Shown: positions 1 through 13,835 of the stretch, piece after piece
Layout of the letters: each line of letters begins with the position of its first letter
How positions within the stretch are numbered: position 1 is the first letter of the stretch
Source: Octopus vulgaris
Lineage: Eukaryota
Assembly (NCBI GenBank): GCA_951406725.2
Contig: OX597819.1
Location: 79,608,001-79,672,000 of the forward strand
Direction of reading: 5' to 3'
DNA: 64,000 nt
The notes under the pieces: generated by a model
What the model was told of the DNA's origin: nothing
What the model saw: the letters and a program-made list of their open reading frames with translations, nothing else
Databases searched by the model: none
Program-made: the position numbers and the translations under genes

Positions 1-375
1 CGCCCGGCGTTGCTCAGGTTTGTAAGGGAAATAACTATAAAGCATTTTTAGAGAGTTATAGCCAAAAATTAGCAAAAAAATGGAAAAAAAATTATGGTAA
101 ATTTTTTTTTGAGTTAAAAAAGGTCGAGTTGCATCCCCTAGACAGTCTGTGGTTTGTGTTTCTGATTCTCGACCCCATGTCGAATTTATCGATTTTTTTC
201 AGAACTGGGGGAACTTTTCAAAATTTTCGCTGCGTTAGTTTTGAATTATGACATTGGGCTATGTGTGTGTCAAGTTTCATCAGAATCGGTTGAAAGCCGT
301 GGTCAGGGTGAGGGTACAACCAAACAGACACACAGAAACACACACAGACAAACTGCCGTTTATATATAGAGAGAT
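1..375 (+). mobile_element. Non-autonomous Helitron/Helentron-like element (Lep1/DINE-1-like), 5' end cut by window edge
   Basis: Starts cgcccggcgttgctc, contains caagtttcatcagaatcggttgaaag, then acaaacagacacac simple repeats, and ends tttatatatagagagat. This architecture is recalled from Lep1/HINE-type elements; the family call is inference. Confidence 0.55.
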
Positions 376-379
376 AACA

Positions 380-580
380 GTTTCAAATTTTAGCACAAGA
401 CCAGAAATTTTGGGGGAGAGGGGACTAGTTGATTAGATAGTCCCCAGTACTTGACTGTTGCTTATTTTACTCTGCAAGGAAGAAACGTACAGTCGACCTC
501 GGCGGAATTTGAGCTTTGAACGTAAAAACGAACGAAGTGCCGCTAAGCTTTTTGCCCGATTCTGCCAGCTCGCTGCTTTT
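380..580 (-). mobile_element. tRNA-derived SINE family B (Meta/MESC-like core), decayed
   Basis: Reverse complement matches the family head aaggcggcgagctggcagaatc and core ttcaaattccgccgaggtcgac seen in more than 10 copies in the window. Confidence 0.8.
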
Positions 581-1001
581 GTCTATTCATATAGAATGAA
601 AGATAACAAACATTAAACAGTTGTATTTTTACATATTTAGCTTAAAGAAGGCAATGTTCACGGACTCCTACGAGTAGTGGAAGGAAATCTCAAACAGGAG
701 GCCTGATACGAATGCTTGCAAGTGAATGAATTCGTATTCGTTTTTTGTTCACTAATTGAACACGTATTCGGGTTTTGTTTGCACGCACGCTCAAACGTGC
801 TCACAGCGGATTCCCAGAGACATGGTATCAGCCAAATTGGTTCTGACGGCATTGGTCAATCTGGCGATATTTGGCAAATGTGTTGGGAAAGCTCGTGGTT
901 CCTATGGGAACTTCTTACAGTCATACATGTCCTTGTCGCATGCACAAATATAAACATACATATACATGCATACAATGCATATACATGATACTTACATACA
1001 T

Positions 1002-1720
<719 letters not shown>

Positions 1721-2315
1721 CAACAACAACAATAACATCAAAACTAATATTATTTGCTCCCAGCAACAAACTTCGTTCAAATGTCATGGATATTTTGTAT
1801 TGTGTTGATTTACATTTTTCCTGCAACAAAACAACCAAAATTCCCCTTGTCTACCTCCACCTTCCGCCCCTGTTCATTTGGAATCATCATCATCATCATC
1901 ATCATCATCGTCGTCATCATAATCATCCAGCGCACCAGCTGTATTAATGAGCAGAGGCGTCGTATACAGTGTACAGCACCGCCATAACATCAATATGGCG
2001 GAAGCTGTAGAAAGATGGTGTATTTTGATGACGTCCGATGAATATTTAAAACGTTCGAAATACTTTCGCTGCAGGTCACTACAGGATTGGTTAACTTGTT
2101 GTCAGCTCTGTCGCTTAACATATGTCTCCCTGTTGTATTTCCTACTACTTTCTCTATTTCTAAATATCTATATATTTATCTATATCAATCAGTCAGTAGA
2201 TGTATATAAATATCTGTATATTTATGCGTGTATGTATATATGTATGTAATGTATGTATGTATGTATGTATGTATGTATGTATGTATGTATGTATGTATGT
2301 ATGTATGTATGTATG

Positions 2316-2352
<37 letters not shown>

Positions 2353-2523
2353 GTCTGTCTGACTGTCTGTCTGTCTGTCTGACTGTCTCTAATAAATCTC
2401 TCAATTTCGCAGCACACTATTCTTTACAACTACTCAGTAAGTCTTCTGTTGATTCTTCGACAAATACAGGAAACACACGACTCAGCTTTTCTAGTCAAAG
2501 TAAGGTAAAAACGTTCGTCAAGT

Positions 2524-2554
<31 letters not shown>

Positions 2555-2689
2555 CTTGTGCTTGCTACTTAATTAGAATATCATTATTCACTGATCAATG
2601 TTGCATTTTCTTCATCAAGTAATTGTAACTGGTGAAATATTTGATAATTTTTAAAAAGCATATTAAACATATTAAATATGCCACACACA

Positions 2690-3490
<801 letters not shown>

Positions 3491-3539
3491 ATATATACGT
3501 GTATATACGTACTTGCACACACACAGGTGAGCACGTAAG

Positions 3540-3738
3540 TGCAAAACAAGGTGAGAAAAAATAATACTAGAATACCAAAGGTAGAGTATGCTTCTATTAA
3601 TGCAGAAAAGTTATCACAAAACTCTTACTCAGACTTTCATGTTTCCGTTCGTCTGACGGTTATGTTTACATCACAAATGTCGACAAACTGAACATTAAAC
3701 TCTGAGTAACAATTTTTATGATAATTGTGCTGCTTTAA
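3540..3738. mobile_element. Decayed Penelope-like inverted-repeat remnant
   Basis: Imperfect inverted arms gcagaaaagttatcacaaaactcttactcagact / actctgagtaacaatttttatgataattgtgctgc, set within TA repeats, with a degenerate hammerhead-like core on the minus strand. Confidence 0.4.
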
Positions 3739-3813
3739 TATACATACATATATACATACATACATACATACAAATATACATACATATTTATATATGTACA
3801 CACACACATATAT

Positions 3814-4190
3814 AGGCGCAGGAGTGGCTGTGTGGTAAGTAGCTTGCTAACCAACCACACGGTTGCGGGTTCAGTCCCACTGCGTGGCATCTTGGGCAAG
3901 TGTCTTCTGCTATAGCCCCGGGTCGACCAATGCCTTGTGAGTGGATTTGGTAGACGGAAACTGAAAGAAGCCTGTCGTATATATGTATATATATGTATAT
4001 GTATATGTGTGTGTGTTTGTGTGTCTGTGTTTGTCCCCCTAGCATTGCTTGACAACCGATGCTGGTGTGTTTAGGTCCCCGTCACTTAGCGGTTCGGCAA
4101 AAAGAGACCGATAGAATAAGTACTAAAAGGTGGTGCTCCAGCATGGCCGCAGTCAAATGACTGAAACAAGTAAAAGAGTAAAAGAGTAAA
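3814..4190 (+). mobile_element. Composite tRNA/CORE-like SINE family A (head + internal microsatellite + tail)
   Basis: Box A-like tggctgtgtggtaag, box B-like ggttcagtccc, CORE-like cttgggcaagt, internal (TA)/(TG), and a tail ending gaaacaagtaaaagagtaaaagagta. Confidence 0.88.
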
Positions 4191-4358
4191 TATATATATA
4201 TATATCTTGATCTTATGGTTGATCTAGTAGCTGCAAATAGATACAGATAAATTTATTTCAGCCTAATTTTGGGGTTTGTCAGTGTACCGCAACATAGGAT
4301 ATAACTACATGCTCATTTAAAACATTTATAAACTATACATGTATGTTTATATATATAT

Positions 4359-5680
4359 TAGAGTGGGCCTTATTTTTCAACTTTCTAAAAGTTTAGCTCC
4401 CACACCCACTATCCTGTTCCAATATAAAAAACACCTATGTAAAAATTTAACTGAAGCGAACAACTGTAAAGCGACCCATATCGACCGTGAAATTTTGAAG
4501 TGTTCGCTCGGAAAGAAATTTTTCCAGATAAGAATTTTTATCTCTTATATAATTTTTTCTTAAATTAAAAACTTGTTCGAAGGATAAGTGGCAATAAATA
4601 TAATGGGGAAGGCAACTTTCAAAGCTGGGGATAGAATGCTGGTATATACGCAAACACCTATTTTTCGCCGTCATTCAGTCGACGGTCAACTATGCGCGAG
4701 TGAGGTTGTGAGTTGCCTTCGTCCATTGAAAGAATTATACTGCACGTAATCGTAGTGTAGAGGAATAAAATATCAAGAAATATGCGTTAGTCGTACACAG
4801 TGAACTAATATGACCTGTCCGTGTCTGTAAATATAAGTTATTTGTAATAGCTTCTAAGCGCTCATTCATTTTGTTGTGGTGCATTATGATATAGATTTTC
4901 CCCTGACAAATTTGTAATACTGTGTTTATAAATTCACCGTTTTTATAATGTTATGTGCATTGTAAACTTATGTTTTGACCAAATATGAAGCTTTTGATGA
5001 CTAATTCCATTTTTCTTTCAGAACTGTTTGTGCAGGTGCGAAGTGGCTTCTCTGACGTCTTCTTCCTAGACCTGTGAAATGGCATCATCTTCTTTAGGTA
5101 GTTCACCACACAAGTTAAGAAAAGATTTTCTTGTGACTATTGTTGGCTCCATTTCCAATCAAATCATGGGAGCCAAACTACCTTCGAATCGGCATGTTTT
5201 AAGCGTTTTTCCCCCCTACAATCTAAGAGTTGTAAATCTTACAACGAAGGAAAGTGCAGCATTAGTAATTTAGGAAGTTTCCAATTTTGTCAAAAAGCAC
5301 GAATTCCTACCAGAAGAACTGACCACTGCGTTCTATGAGGAATGGAAAGGTCTACAGAAAAATTTAACTAAAACTTCAGGCAAGGAAAAAAGAAAAAAGA
5401 AAACGTTTTGTGGTAATGATGCACGATCTCTTTGACATAGCTTATTCAGTTGCTTTGGGACAGATGAAAATTGAAGAGGATAAGAAGTCCTTAATGCTTC
5501 AGTACCAAAAATGTCGACAGGGTTCAATGGTTGGTGTAGATAAAAAACTAAAACACAAGGAAACAGTGGAAACTGTCAGGAAAAAAGATCTTATGAAGAA
5601 ATGGGGCAACATTTTGCGACTCATCAGTTTATAGCCTAGATCCAAGGCTCCTCCATTAGAATTTCAACAACATCAAGAGG
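4359..5680 (+). mobile_element. 5' part of a decayed DNA transposon, probably hAT (hATm-like), with transposase N-terminus remnant
   Basis: Begins tagagtgggcc after a TA run. From 5079 reads IMGAKLPSNRHVLSVF..YNLRVVNLTTKESAALVI*EV..KARIPT..YEEWKGLQKN with frameshifts, resembling invertebrate hAT-type transposase N-termini. The superfamily call is from recall. Confidence 0.5.
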
Positions 5681-5784
5681 GTAATTTTGTATGTATGTAA
5701 GTATACATGCAGATTTGTATGTTTTATTTTATGCATGTCTTATGCATATATTTCCATATCTAGACATGCTCATACATACTTAAA

Positions 5785-6380
5785 TGATAAACTTCTGTAA
5801 AGTTTTACAATTTTTTACAGTTCCAGTGATTGTAGCCTTCAAATTAGCTTTCTCCTTTTTGCTTTTGAGAAACTTTATTTCTGAAGATTGGTATTTAGGC
5901 AGTGTGTTACATATCCCAGGGCAACAATAATTACAGCTATATACCTGAACCTGTAATATGGATTGAGTAACTGCAGGTTTCTCAATATCTCAACATAAGT
6001 TTTCTCCTTTTCACTGATCTTTAGCTTTATGTTAATATCCACGGGGCGGCTAATTTCCACAACTGTATACAGTCTTTCTTCTCTATCCCAATATCAGGTC
6101 TATTGTGTTTACATTTATATTGAGGTTTTAATGAGTGGTTAAGGCTTCTACTATACTGTGCAGATTTCATTATATAGTGTCCTAGCTACAACGCCAAGCC
6201 TTATCGGTAGATAATAACCTGATAGCATATTCGGAAAACTGCTTACGATGTGGGTGATATCTTCAGTGTTAACCCCACACAGACTGCATCGGTTGTCACA
6301 TTTTACTGCTTTTCTTGCATCTCTATTTCTTTTGTGCATCAGGTATTGGTTAATATTTCGTGTTCCCGGAATGTATGTAT
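5785..6380 (-). pseudogene. R4/Dong-like non-LTR retrotransposon 3' fragment (CCHC knuckle + restriction-like endonuclease)
   Basis: CSLCGVNTEDITHIVSS..YYLPIR..VVARTLYN, then CKHNRPDI..WDRE..VVEISRP.D.N....EKEK.Y..IIVALG. These are RLE-clade motifs, frameshifted. Confidence 0.8.
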
Positions 6381-6762
6381 ATTTGTTTATTTATCTAATT
6401 ATCTATCCAGCACATCAAATGTATGTAATATGGATTTTCCTTGAAGGATAATTCAATCTGCGCAGAAATCAAATCGCTCACCGACAAGGTGGCGACTTCT
6501 TTTTGCTTGAGTCAAAAAAAATTCAGAAATTTGTGAATGAACGATTTAACACTTGAATATATGTCAGGTATGTATATACCTGAAATCATATAATGGATGT
6601 ATATAAATCCTCAATACAAGCTTTTATGTGATTATTCTTTTGATATGGCTGTAAATCTGCATGCACACATGTAACTGTGTGCATATGCTCATCTCAAGAA
6701 ACAATGCATACACACGCACACACACACACACACAAATACACACATATATGCATATATACATA

Positions 6763-6804
<42 letters not shown>

Positions 6805-6806
<2 letters not shown>

Positions 6807-6967
6807 GCGCAGGAGCGGCTGTGTGGTAAGTAGCTCGCTTACCTACCGCATAGTTCCAGGTTCAGTCCCACTGCGTGGCACCTTGGACAAATGTCTTCTA
6901 CTATAGCATCGGGCCGACCAAAGCCTTATGAGTGGATTTGGTAGACGGAAACTGAAAGAAGCCCGTC

Positions 6968-7023
<56 letters not shown>

Positions 7024-7258
7024 ATATATATATATGTATATATATGTATATATTTATGTGTGTATGTATTTGTGAGTGTTTGTATGTCTGTGTTTGTACC
7101 CCCACCATCGCTTGACAACGGATGCTGGTGTGTTTACGTCCCCATAACTTAGCGGTTCGGTAAAAGAGACCGATAGAATAAGTACTAGGCTTACAGAGAA
7201 TAAGTCCTGGGGTCGATTCGTTCGATCAAATGACTGATACAAATAAAAGGATAAAAGA
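6805..7258 (+). mobile_element. Composite SINE family A, near full length
   Basis: Same head/microsatellite/tail arrangement as 3814-4190. Confidence 0.88.
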
Positions 7259-7734
7259 TTATATATATATATATATATATGCATATATTCCAACGCATAT
7301 ATACGTAAATACTCCCACGAGTGTACACGCATATACTATTCACCCACGGTAACTTGTGAATAACGTAACACAGCTCAACATTTATTTCTTCTTAACCCAT
7401 TCTATGTTCTCTTTTAAATATGGTTCTTGACCAAATTAGACGTGATTAATTTCAGTGAAAAGGATTATGTTTCGCTAGGATTTGAAATATTATAACTGAA
7501 AAACTGACCGGGCAAAAGAAATGTCACAGTAAAATATGAGATTAAGCTTTGGAAAGTCACTCACAGATACAACTTCTAATCAGTATCATTTTCTTTTTTT
7601 TATTGTTTGTTTGTAGTTACATTTAATTATCAATTAGAGCAACCTGATTCTGAAAAACTCGTCGAAATTAGATAACAGTTATCAAACTGGTGTGTAATAT
7701 TGTCGAGATATTGTCCTGATATCATATTTTTCTC

Positions 7735-8112
7735 CTTTTACTTGTTTCACCCATTAAAATGCGGCCATACTGGGGCACCGCCTTGAAGAACTTTTAGTCG
7801 AATGTAACGACCCCTGTACATTTTTTAAAGCCTAGTACTTATCTTGTCGGTCTTTTTTGTCGAGCCGCTAGGTGTCGGGGCTGTAAACACACCAGCACCA
7901 GTGGTGGTGGGGCAAATGCAGATACAAAGGCACACACACATAGATATTTATACATACACACGATGGTCTTCTTTCAGTTTTCTTCTATCAAATCCACTTA
8001 CAAGGCTTTGGTAGACCCGAGACTAGAGTAGAAGACACTTGCCCAAGGTGCCACACAGTTGATCTGAATCCCGAACTATATGGTTGGGAAGCAAACTTCT
8101 TACCACACAGCA
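7735..8112 (-). mobile_element. Composite SINE family A, older copy
   Basis: Reverse-complement similarity across tail, short internal repeat and head. Confidence 0.8.
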
Positions 8113-8291
8113 ACAATTGTACCTATATGTTATTTTAAAATACATTTTCAATAATCATGCTTTCCTAGAATATTTAAATGAGAGGTTTTTAATTCTCTAA
8201 GCCGAATGAAAATGGGTAAGGCGGGTAAAAATGTGTCAAAACTGGTCAACTTCGAGAGTGATAACTGAGGGAGCAAACTGTAGCGTGTTTG

Positions 8292-8335
<44 letters not shown>

Positions 8336-8337
8336 TT

Positions 8338-8368
<31 letters not shown>

Positions 8369-8576
8369 GTGTGCATGTGTTTGTGAGCAAATATCTGTAT
8401 ATACATATACCCAGATTCATACACATACACTAACATGAACACATATATGTATACATAAAGTAAACAATAGGATTCGAAAAATAGTGATAAGCTGTATCGG
8501 CGATGGGCAAGTTGTAGAGCGAAAGAAATATACATACATACGTACATACATACATTTATATGCATACATACATACA

Positions 8577-8612
<36 letters not shown>

Positions 8613-8639
8613 TATATATCATGAAAATCTATCGATGCA

Positions 8640-9060
8640 CTGCGAGTGTCGATTAGTCACTCTTCTGTGGAAGACATACCACATATAATCAGCAACTGCG
8701 CCATTAAGTATTTCAGGTCCTACCTGTCATAGTGATATGAGGTTGCCAAAACAATGTACAATGTCATCTAGAGAACAGCCTGCTCTGCAGAAAAGAATAG
8801 AAGTTGCATCTATACAATGGAATACATACACACATATCAGTGCAAGGAATATAGATAGAATATACTCATCAAAACGTTCACCAAGTGCAAACGTAACAGA
8901 TTTGACATAGTTACTTGGGAAAGAGAAGAAAAGTCATGTACAGCCATAGTGGTTAATTGCCTTGCAGATATGAACATATCTTCCAAAAGCTGAGATAAGG
9001 AGAATGTCTATGGAAAACTGAGTCGAAGCCCGTAACTACATATAAGTTTATATTCATAAA
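8640..9060 (+). pseudogene. Second, more decayed R4/Dong-like RLE LINE fragment
   Basis: Manual translation gives VEDIPHIISNC, VAKTMYNVI, KCKRNRFDIVTWEREEKSCT and ADMNISSK..DKENVYG, collinear with 5785-6380. Confidence 0.65.
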
Positions 9061-10365
9061 AATAGACATTAGTGCACTCAGTTATGTTAGTAAATGCCTA
9101 AAATACAGTCGGAAGAAGGTAGGTCTTTTAAGCAAAGATATAGACTAGATAACACAAACCTTATAGATTGTATTTGTAAGTGGAGAAGTAAAAATATGCA
9201 AGACTTTCTTAAAGTTCGATATGTAGCAATTATCACTGTTGACATCCAGATTCCAAGCATGGAGCTTTGTTTCTTTGTTAGGAATCAACTCCTTCCTCCT
9301 AGAATGAACACTAATAAATAAAAATAAGAAAACATAGATACATGCATGACTACATAGATACATGCATATATATTTTGAAGGATTAATACAAACATTTATA
9401 AATGACACAGTGTATGTGAATGACATAGAGACTGAAGTGAAAGTAAAACAAATTCAGTATCCATATTATTCGAAAAAAAAATATTCATTTTTTTATTTTA
9501 TGCAAAAAAGACTAATCGGTCGTACAACATACTGTCGCCCCATCCACATTCAAGAATTTTAATTTAAAATAATCAATTTTCGTTCAAAGGAAATACACAT
9601 TACTATATCTGTATATATATACAGACATACATTAATTGTCAGAGAATACCTGTGCAGAATAAAATTGGACGTAATTGATTTTTCACTATCACTATTTTAA
9701 ATACATCCACACACAGTCACTAATTTCTTTCTTTATTACTAAGCAATTTCCTTCTGTACGGAGTACGTATATTCTTCATTATTACTAAATTTGAATTTTT
9801 TTAATGACAGCAAAAATTCACGTAATTTATGACCTCACTCTTGATGAAAGAGAATATTCACAATTACAAGAATTTCAGCAATTTAGCAGTACAACTGTGG
9901 CTTACGAATTGGGTGTACGTTTGTGTATAGATATATACTCACACTCGCACACATACATACATACACACACACACACACGTACACTCATTTACCATTTTTA
10001 CCCTACCTTTAGACTTACATACATAGACATATATATATATATATATGTGTGTGTATAAATAGATACATACATAGATATAGATAGATAGAAAGATAGATAG
10101 GTAGATATAAATATATAGAAAATGATTAAATTGCGAAAAAGGTGGCAGACACCGGGTAAACAGACAGATATAAATGAGTGATTATATACATACATAATGT
10201 GGATGTTAGCGCTGGAAAAACCTGCTTTTCTCCCTGTTTCAGAAATCCATTTAAATTTTGGTAGTGCCAGAGGAAACTAATTAATGCTTACGATAGTATT
10301 CACAATAATAAGATGTGATTCATCATTGTTAAGATTAATAACGGACGTCTATATATATTGCAGGT

Positions 10366-10557
<192 letters not shown>

Positions 10558-10931
10558 ACAGTTGCTAACAACTGATAATGAAGACGTAACTAATGCTCTA
10601 TGCATCAGACATCAGCTCCTGAGAAGGCAGCCGCTCATCATACATGGACAGAAAGCAATTACATCGCTGTTGCTGCGTAATCACAGATATCAACAGACGC
10701 AGGTCATTGACTGACATGACCAATACAGAAGCGAGTCGTGTAATAGCTTTCCATCATCATGTGCATTTGTGAGTGTGTGTATGTGCGTAAGAGTGTATGA
10801 GTCTCTGTGGTGTGCGTACGCGCTCCTGTAATGACATACCCTCAAACACACACTCATAAACGTATGTTATATATTTATATGGATATTTGTGTGTGTGTGT
10901 ATATGTATATGCATGTATATATATGTGTGTG

Positions 10932-10984
<53 letters not shown>

Positions 10985-10986
10985 AT

Positions 10987-11018
<32 letters not shown>

Positions 11019-11187
11019 GTATGTATGTATGTATATGTATGTATGTATGTGTACAAATGTATGAAAGGTATTGGTTTTCAGAAGACCCAAGGTATACATA
11101 CACACACACGCACACATATATATGTATATGTAAATATACATGTATATATATGTGTGTATATTTATATACATACATACATATATTATT

Positions 11188-11430
11188 CTTTTACTTGTTT
11201 CAGTCATTTTCCTGCGGCCATGCTGGAGCAGTGCCTTAAAGGCTTTTTTAGTCGGACAAATGGATCCCAGGACTTATTCTTTGCAGAACCTAGTGCTTAT
11301 TCTATCGGTGTCGGTTGTCAAGCAATGGTGCATGAGGTCACAAACACAGGCACAAAGACACACACACACGCACACAGTTTCCGTCTACCAATGCTATAGT
11401 AAAAGACACTTGCTCAAGGTAGCACGCATT
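11188..11430 (-). mobile_element. SINE family A tail and partial head
   Basis: cttttacttgtttcagtcat..gcggccatgctggagca..gtttccgtctacca. Confidence 0.75.
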
Positions 11431-11442
11431 ACCACTGAAACC

Positions 11443-11670
11443 AGCTGTGTTGTTAGAGGTTAGCTACTTCTCAAATCACATGTTGTTAGAGGTTAGCTAC
11501 TGAATAGCTGTGTTGTTAGAGGTTAGCTACTTCTCAAATCACATGGCTTCGGGTTCAGTCCTACTGCATGGCAACCTGGAGCTAGTAGCGCACCTTGCAC
11601 TATCGCCCTGCGTCGACTAAAATCCCCTGAGTTAAGTTGGTACGAGGAAGCACTGGAAGACATCCGTCGT
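11443..11670 (+). mobile_element. SINE family A-like head with tandemly triplicated 5' segment
   Basis: tgttgttagaggttagctact occurs three times before cgggttcagtcc. Confidence 0.6.
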
Positions 11671-11696
11671 ATACGCTTATATATGTTTGTATGTGT

Positions 11697-11742
<46 letters not shown>

Positions 11743-12000
11743 TTATTTTTTAATTTTATTTTATTTAGTTTCAGCTCACAAGCTGTGGCCATGCTGGGGC
11801 ACCGCCATTTGGTGTTGCTACATGATTTTACTTCACGAATGCTTTTTAGCAAATGCCATCTGGTGCATGAGAGAGTTCGATGTAGCTGCCCTCATCTGCA
11901 CCTCCTGCCGTGAAGTTGGTTCATCTGGGACTTATTCTTTGTAAGCCTAGTACTTATTCTATTGGTCTCTCTACAGGGACGTAAACACACAAAAATCGGT

Positions 12001-12232
12001 ACTATATTTAAGAGATGAGGAATTATGTACATTATTTACATTATATACATTTGACAGATATTTATCCTCATCTTGTTTGTTATTAACACTACGTTTCGGC
12101 TGATATACCCTCCAGCCTTCACCAGGTGCCAGTACTTTCGATGTTTTTGTTATTGTTATTGTTGTTATAGTTCCTTGGGAAATTTTCGAACCTGGGTTCT
12201 CATTCCTAAGATATTCTTCGATGTTGTTGTTG

Positions 12233-12296
<64 letters not shown>

Positions 12297-12391
12297 CATT
12301 ATTATTATTATTCAGGTCACTGCCTGGAATCGAAATCTGAATCTTGGAGCTAGTAGCCTACGCTCTTAACAACTACGGCGTAATAATAATG

Positions 12392-12440
<49 letters not shown>

Positions 12441-12730
12441 TGATGATGATGATGATGATGATGATAATAATAATAATGATACTAATAATAATAATGATAA
12501 TAATAATAATAATAACAACAACAACAACATCGAAAATACCTTAGGAATAAGAACCCAGGTTCGAAAATTTCCCAAGGCACTATAACAACAACAATAACAA
12601 TAACAAAAACATCGAAAAATACTTTAGGAATGAGAACCCAGGCTGGAGGGTATATCAGCCGAAACATTGTGTTAACAACAAACAAGATGAGGACAAATAT
12701 CCGTCAAATGTAAACAATGTAAATAATATA
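12001..12730 (-). mobile_element. tRNA-headed SINE-like element with hammerhead-type 3' region and an inverted partial copy (Penelope-like architecture)
   Basis: The minus strand of 12313-12380 is tRNA-like (gtagttgttaagagcg..gatttcgattcc). Arms at about 12030-12312 and 12381-12728 are inverted copies of each other. Confidence 0.7.
12085..12130 (-). ncRNA. Degenerate minimal type I hammerhead ribozyme
   Basis: Minus strand ggcac CTGGTGA a ggctg-gagggtatat-cagcc GAAA c GTA gtgtt. Stems I and II pair; the core carries one A>G change from CUGAUGA. Confidence 0.55.
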
Positions 12731-12822
12731 CACGAACATCGGTTGTCAAGTGATGGCAGAGGCGGGGGACAAACACAGTTACACAAATAAACGCACATAT
12801 ACATACACACATACTCACACAC

Positions 12823-12859
<37 letters not shown>

Positions 12860-12876
12860 AATATATATATATATAT

Positions 12877-13165
12877 TGGGTATGGTAGATGAGTTCAGCA
12901 AAAATTTAGATTCAGATGAATATGGTGCTTAAATTGAGGTACCAGAACGTAGTATGGTATCACCCATATAATGTAAAAGTAAGGTGATTAAAATCAAAAT
13001 AAGCAACAAGGATATCCAGAGATAATGCAGTACGATCGTTTCATGCAACTCCATTTAATTGAACAATGGAATCATTACATCAATTTAAAATGTAGAGCAA
13101 TCTTCAGCTGCACATAGACATAGAATTTAATCGAATTAGAACAGATGGAAACATTAGTACTATGC
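12877..13165 (-). mobile_element. Penelope-like element terminal fragment
   Basis: Non-repetitive segment between (TA)n runs that carries a hammerhead motif. Confidence 0.6.
13025..13113 (-). ncRNA. Type I hammerhead ribozyme with intact core
   Basis: Minus strand gtgcag CTGAAGA ttgc..gcat GAAA cgatc GTA ctgcat. Stem I is gtgcag/ctgcat, stem III is the palindrome acgatcgt, and the cleavage triplet is GUA. Confidence 0.7.
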
Positions 13166-13166
13166 T

Positions 13167-13202
<36 letters not shown>

Positions 13203-13401
13203 GACAGGCTTTGGTCTGCTCGAGGCTATAGCAGAAAACACTCTCTGTCACGCAGTGGGACTGAACCCAGAATCGTGTGGTTGGAAAGCAAGCTTCTTCC
13301 CACATACCACGCCTGCGCCCATATAAGTATATGCGTGTGTGTGTGTGTGTGTAAGTATGTATGAATATACGTATATATACATATATATGTATGTGTATAT
13401 G

Positions 13402-13453
<52 letters not shown>

Positions 13454-13783
13454 TATGTGTGTGTATATATATATATATATGCATACATATATTTATGTGT
13501 ATAAGCATACATATATACGTATATGCCTGTGTTCATATAAATGTAAATCTTCGGAAGTGTGGTCGTATTTCTATATAATTATTTCTCTCATTAATCTCTC
13601 CTCTCCTGCATTAAAGTATTTCAATCACTTTTGTTGTTCATCTCCATATGTAGCTACCTGCCTACTAACCTACCTACGAAGGAACTATCGAAGTAAACTA
13701 AGGTAAATGTCTTAATTAATCAACCATCTAAACCACTTCTCAAACAATCTATTAATCAAATAAGAAAATTCATTTATTTACTG

Positions 13784-13834
<51 letters not shown>

Positions 13835-13835
<1 letters not shown>

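Larger units (their letters stand above)
11765..13322 (-). mobile_element. One SINE family A copy split by nested insertions
   Basis: Collinear minus-strand pieces at about 11765-11808, 11928-12000, 12737-12790 and 13202-13322. Confidence 0.7.

Noticed and set aside
5612-5632. Minus-strand CTGATGAG
   Set aside because: No correctly placed GAAA or stems; chance match.
11443-11545. Repeat-spacer pattern resembling a CRISPR array
   Set aside because: Eukaryotic context, the spacers are themselves repeated and there are no cas genes; it is a local tandem duplication of a SINE head.
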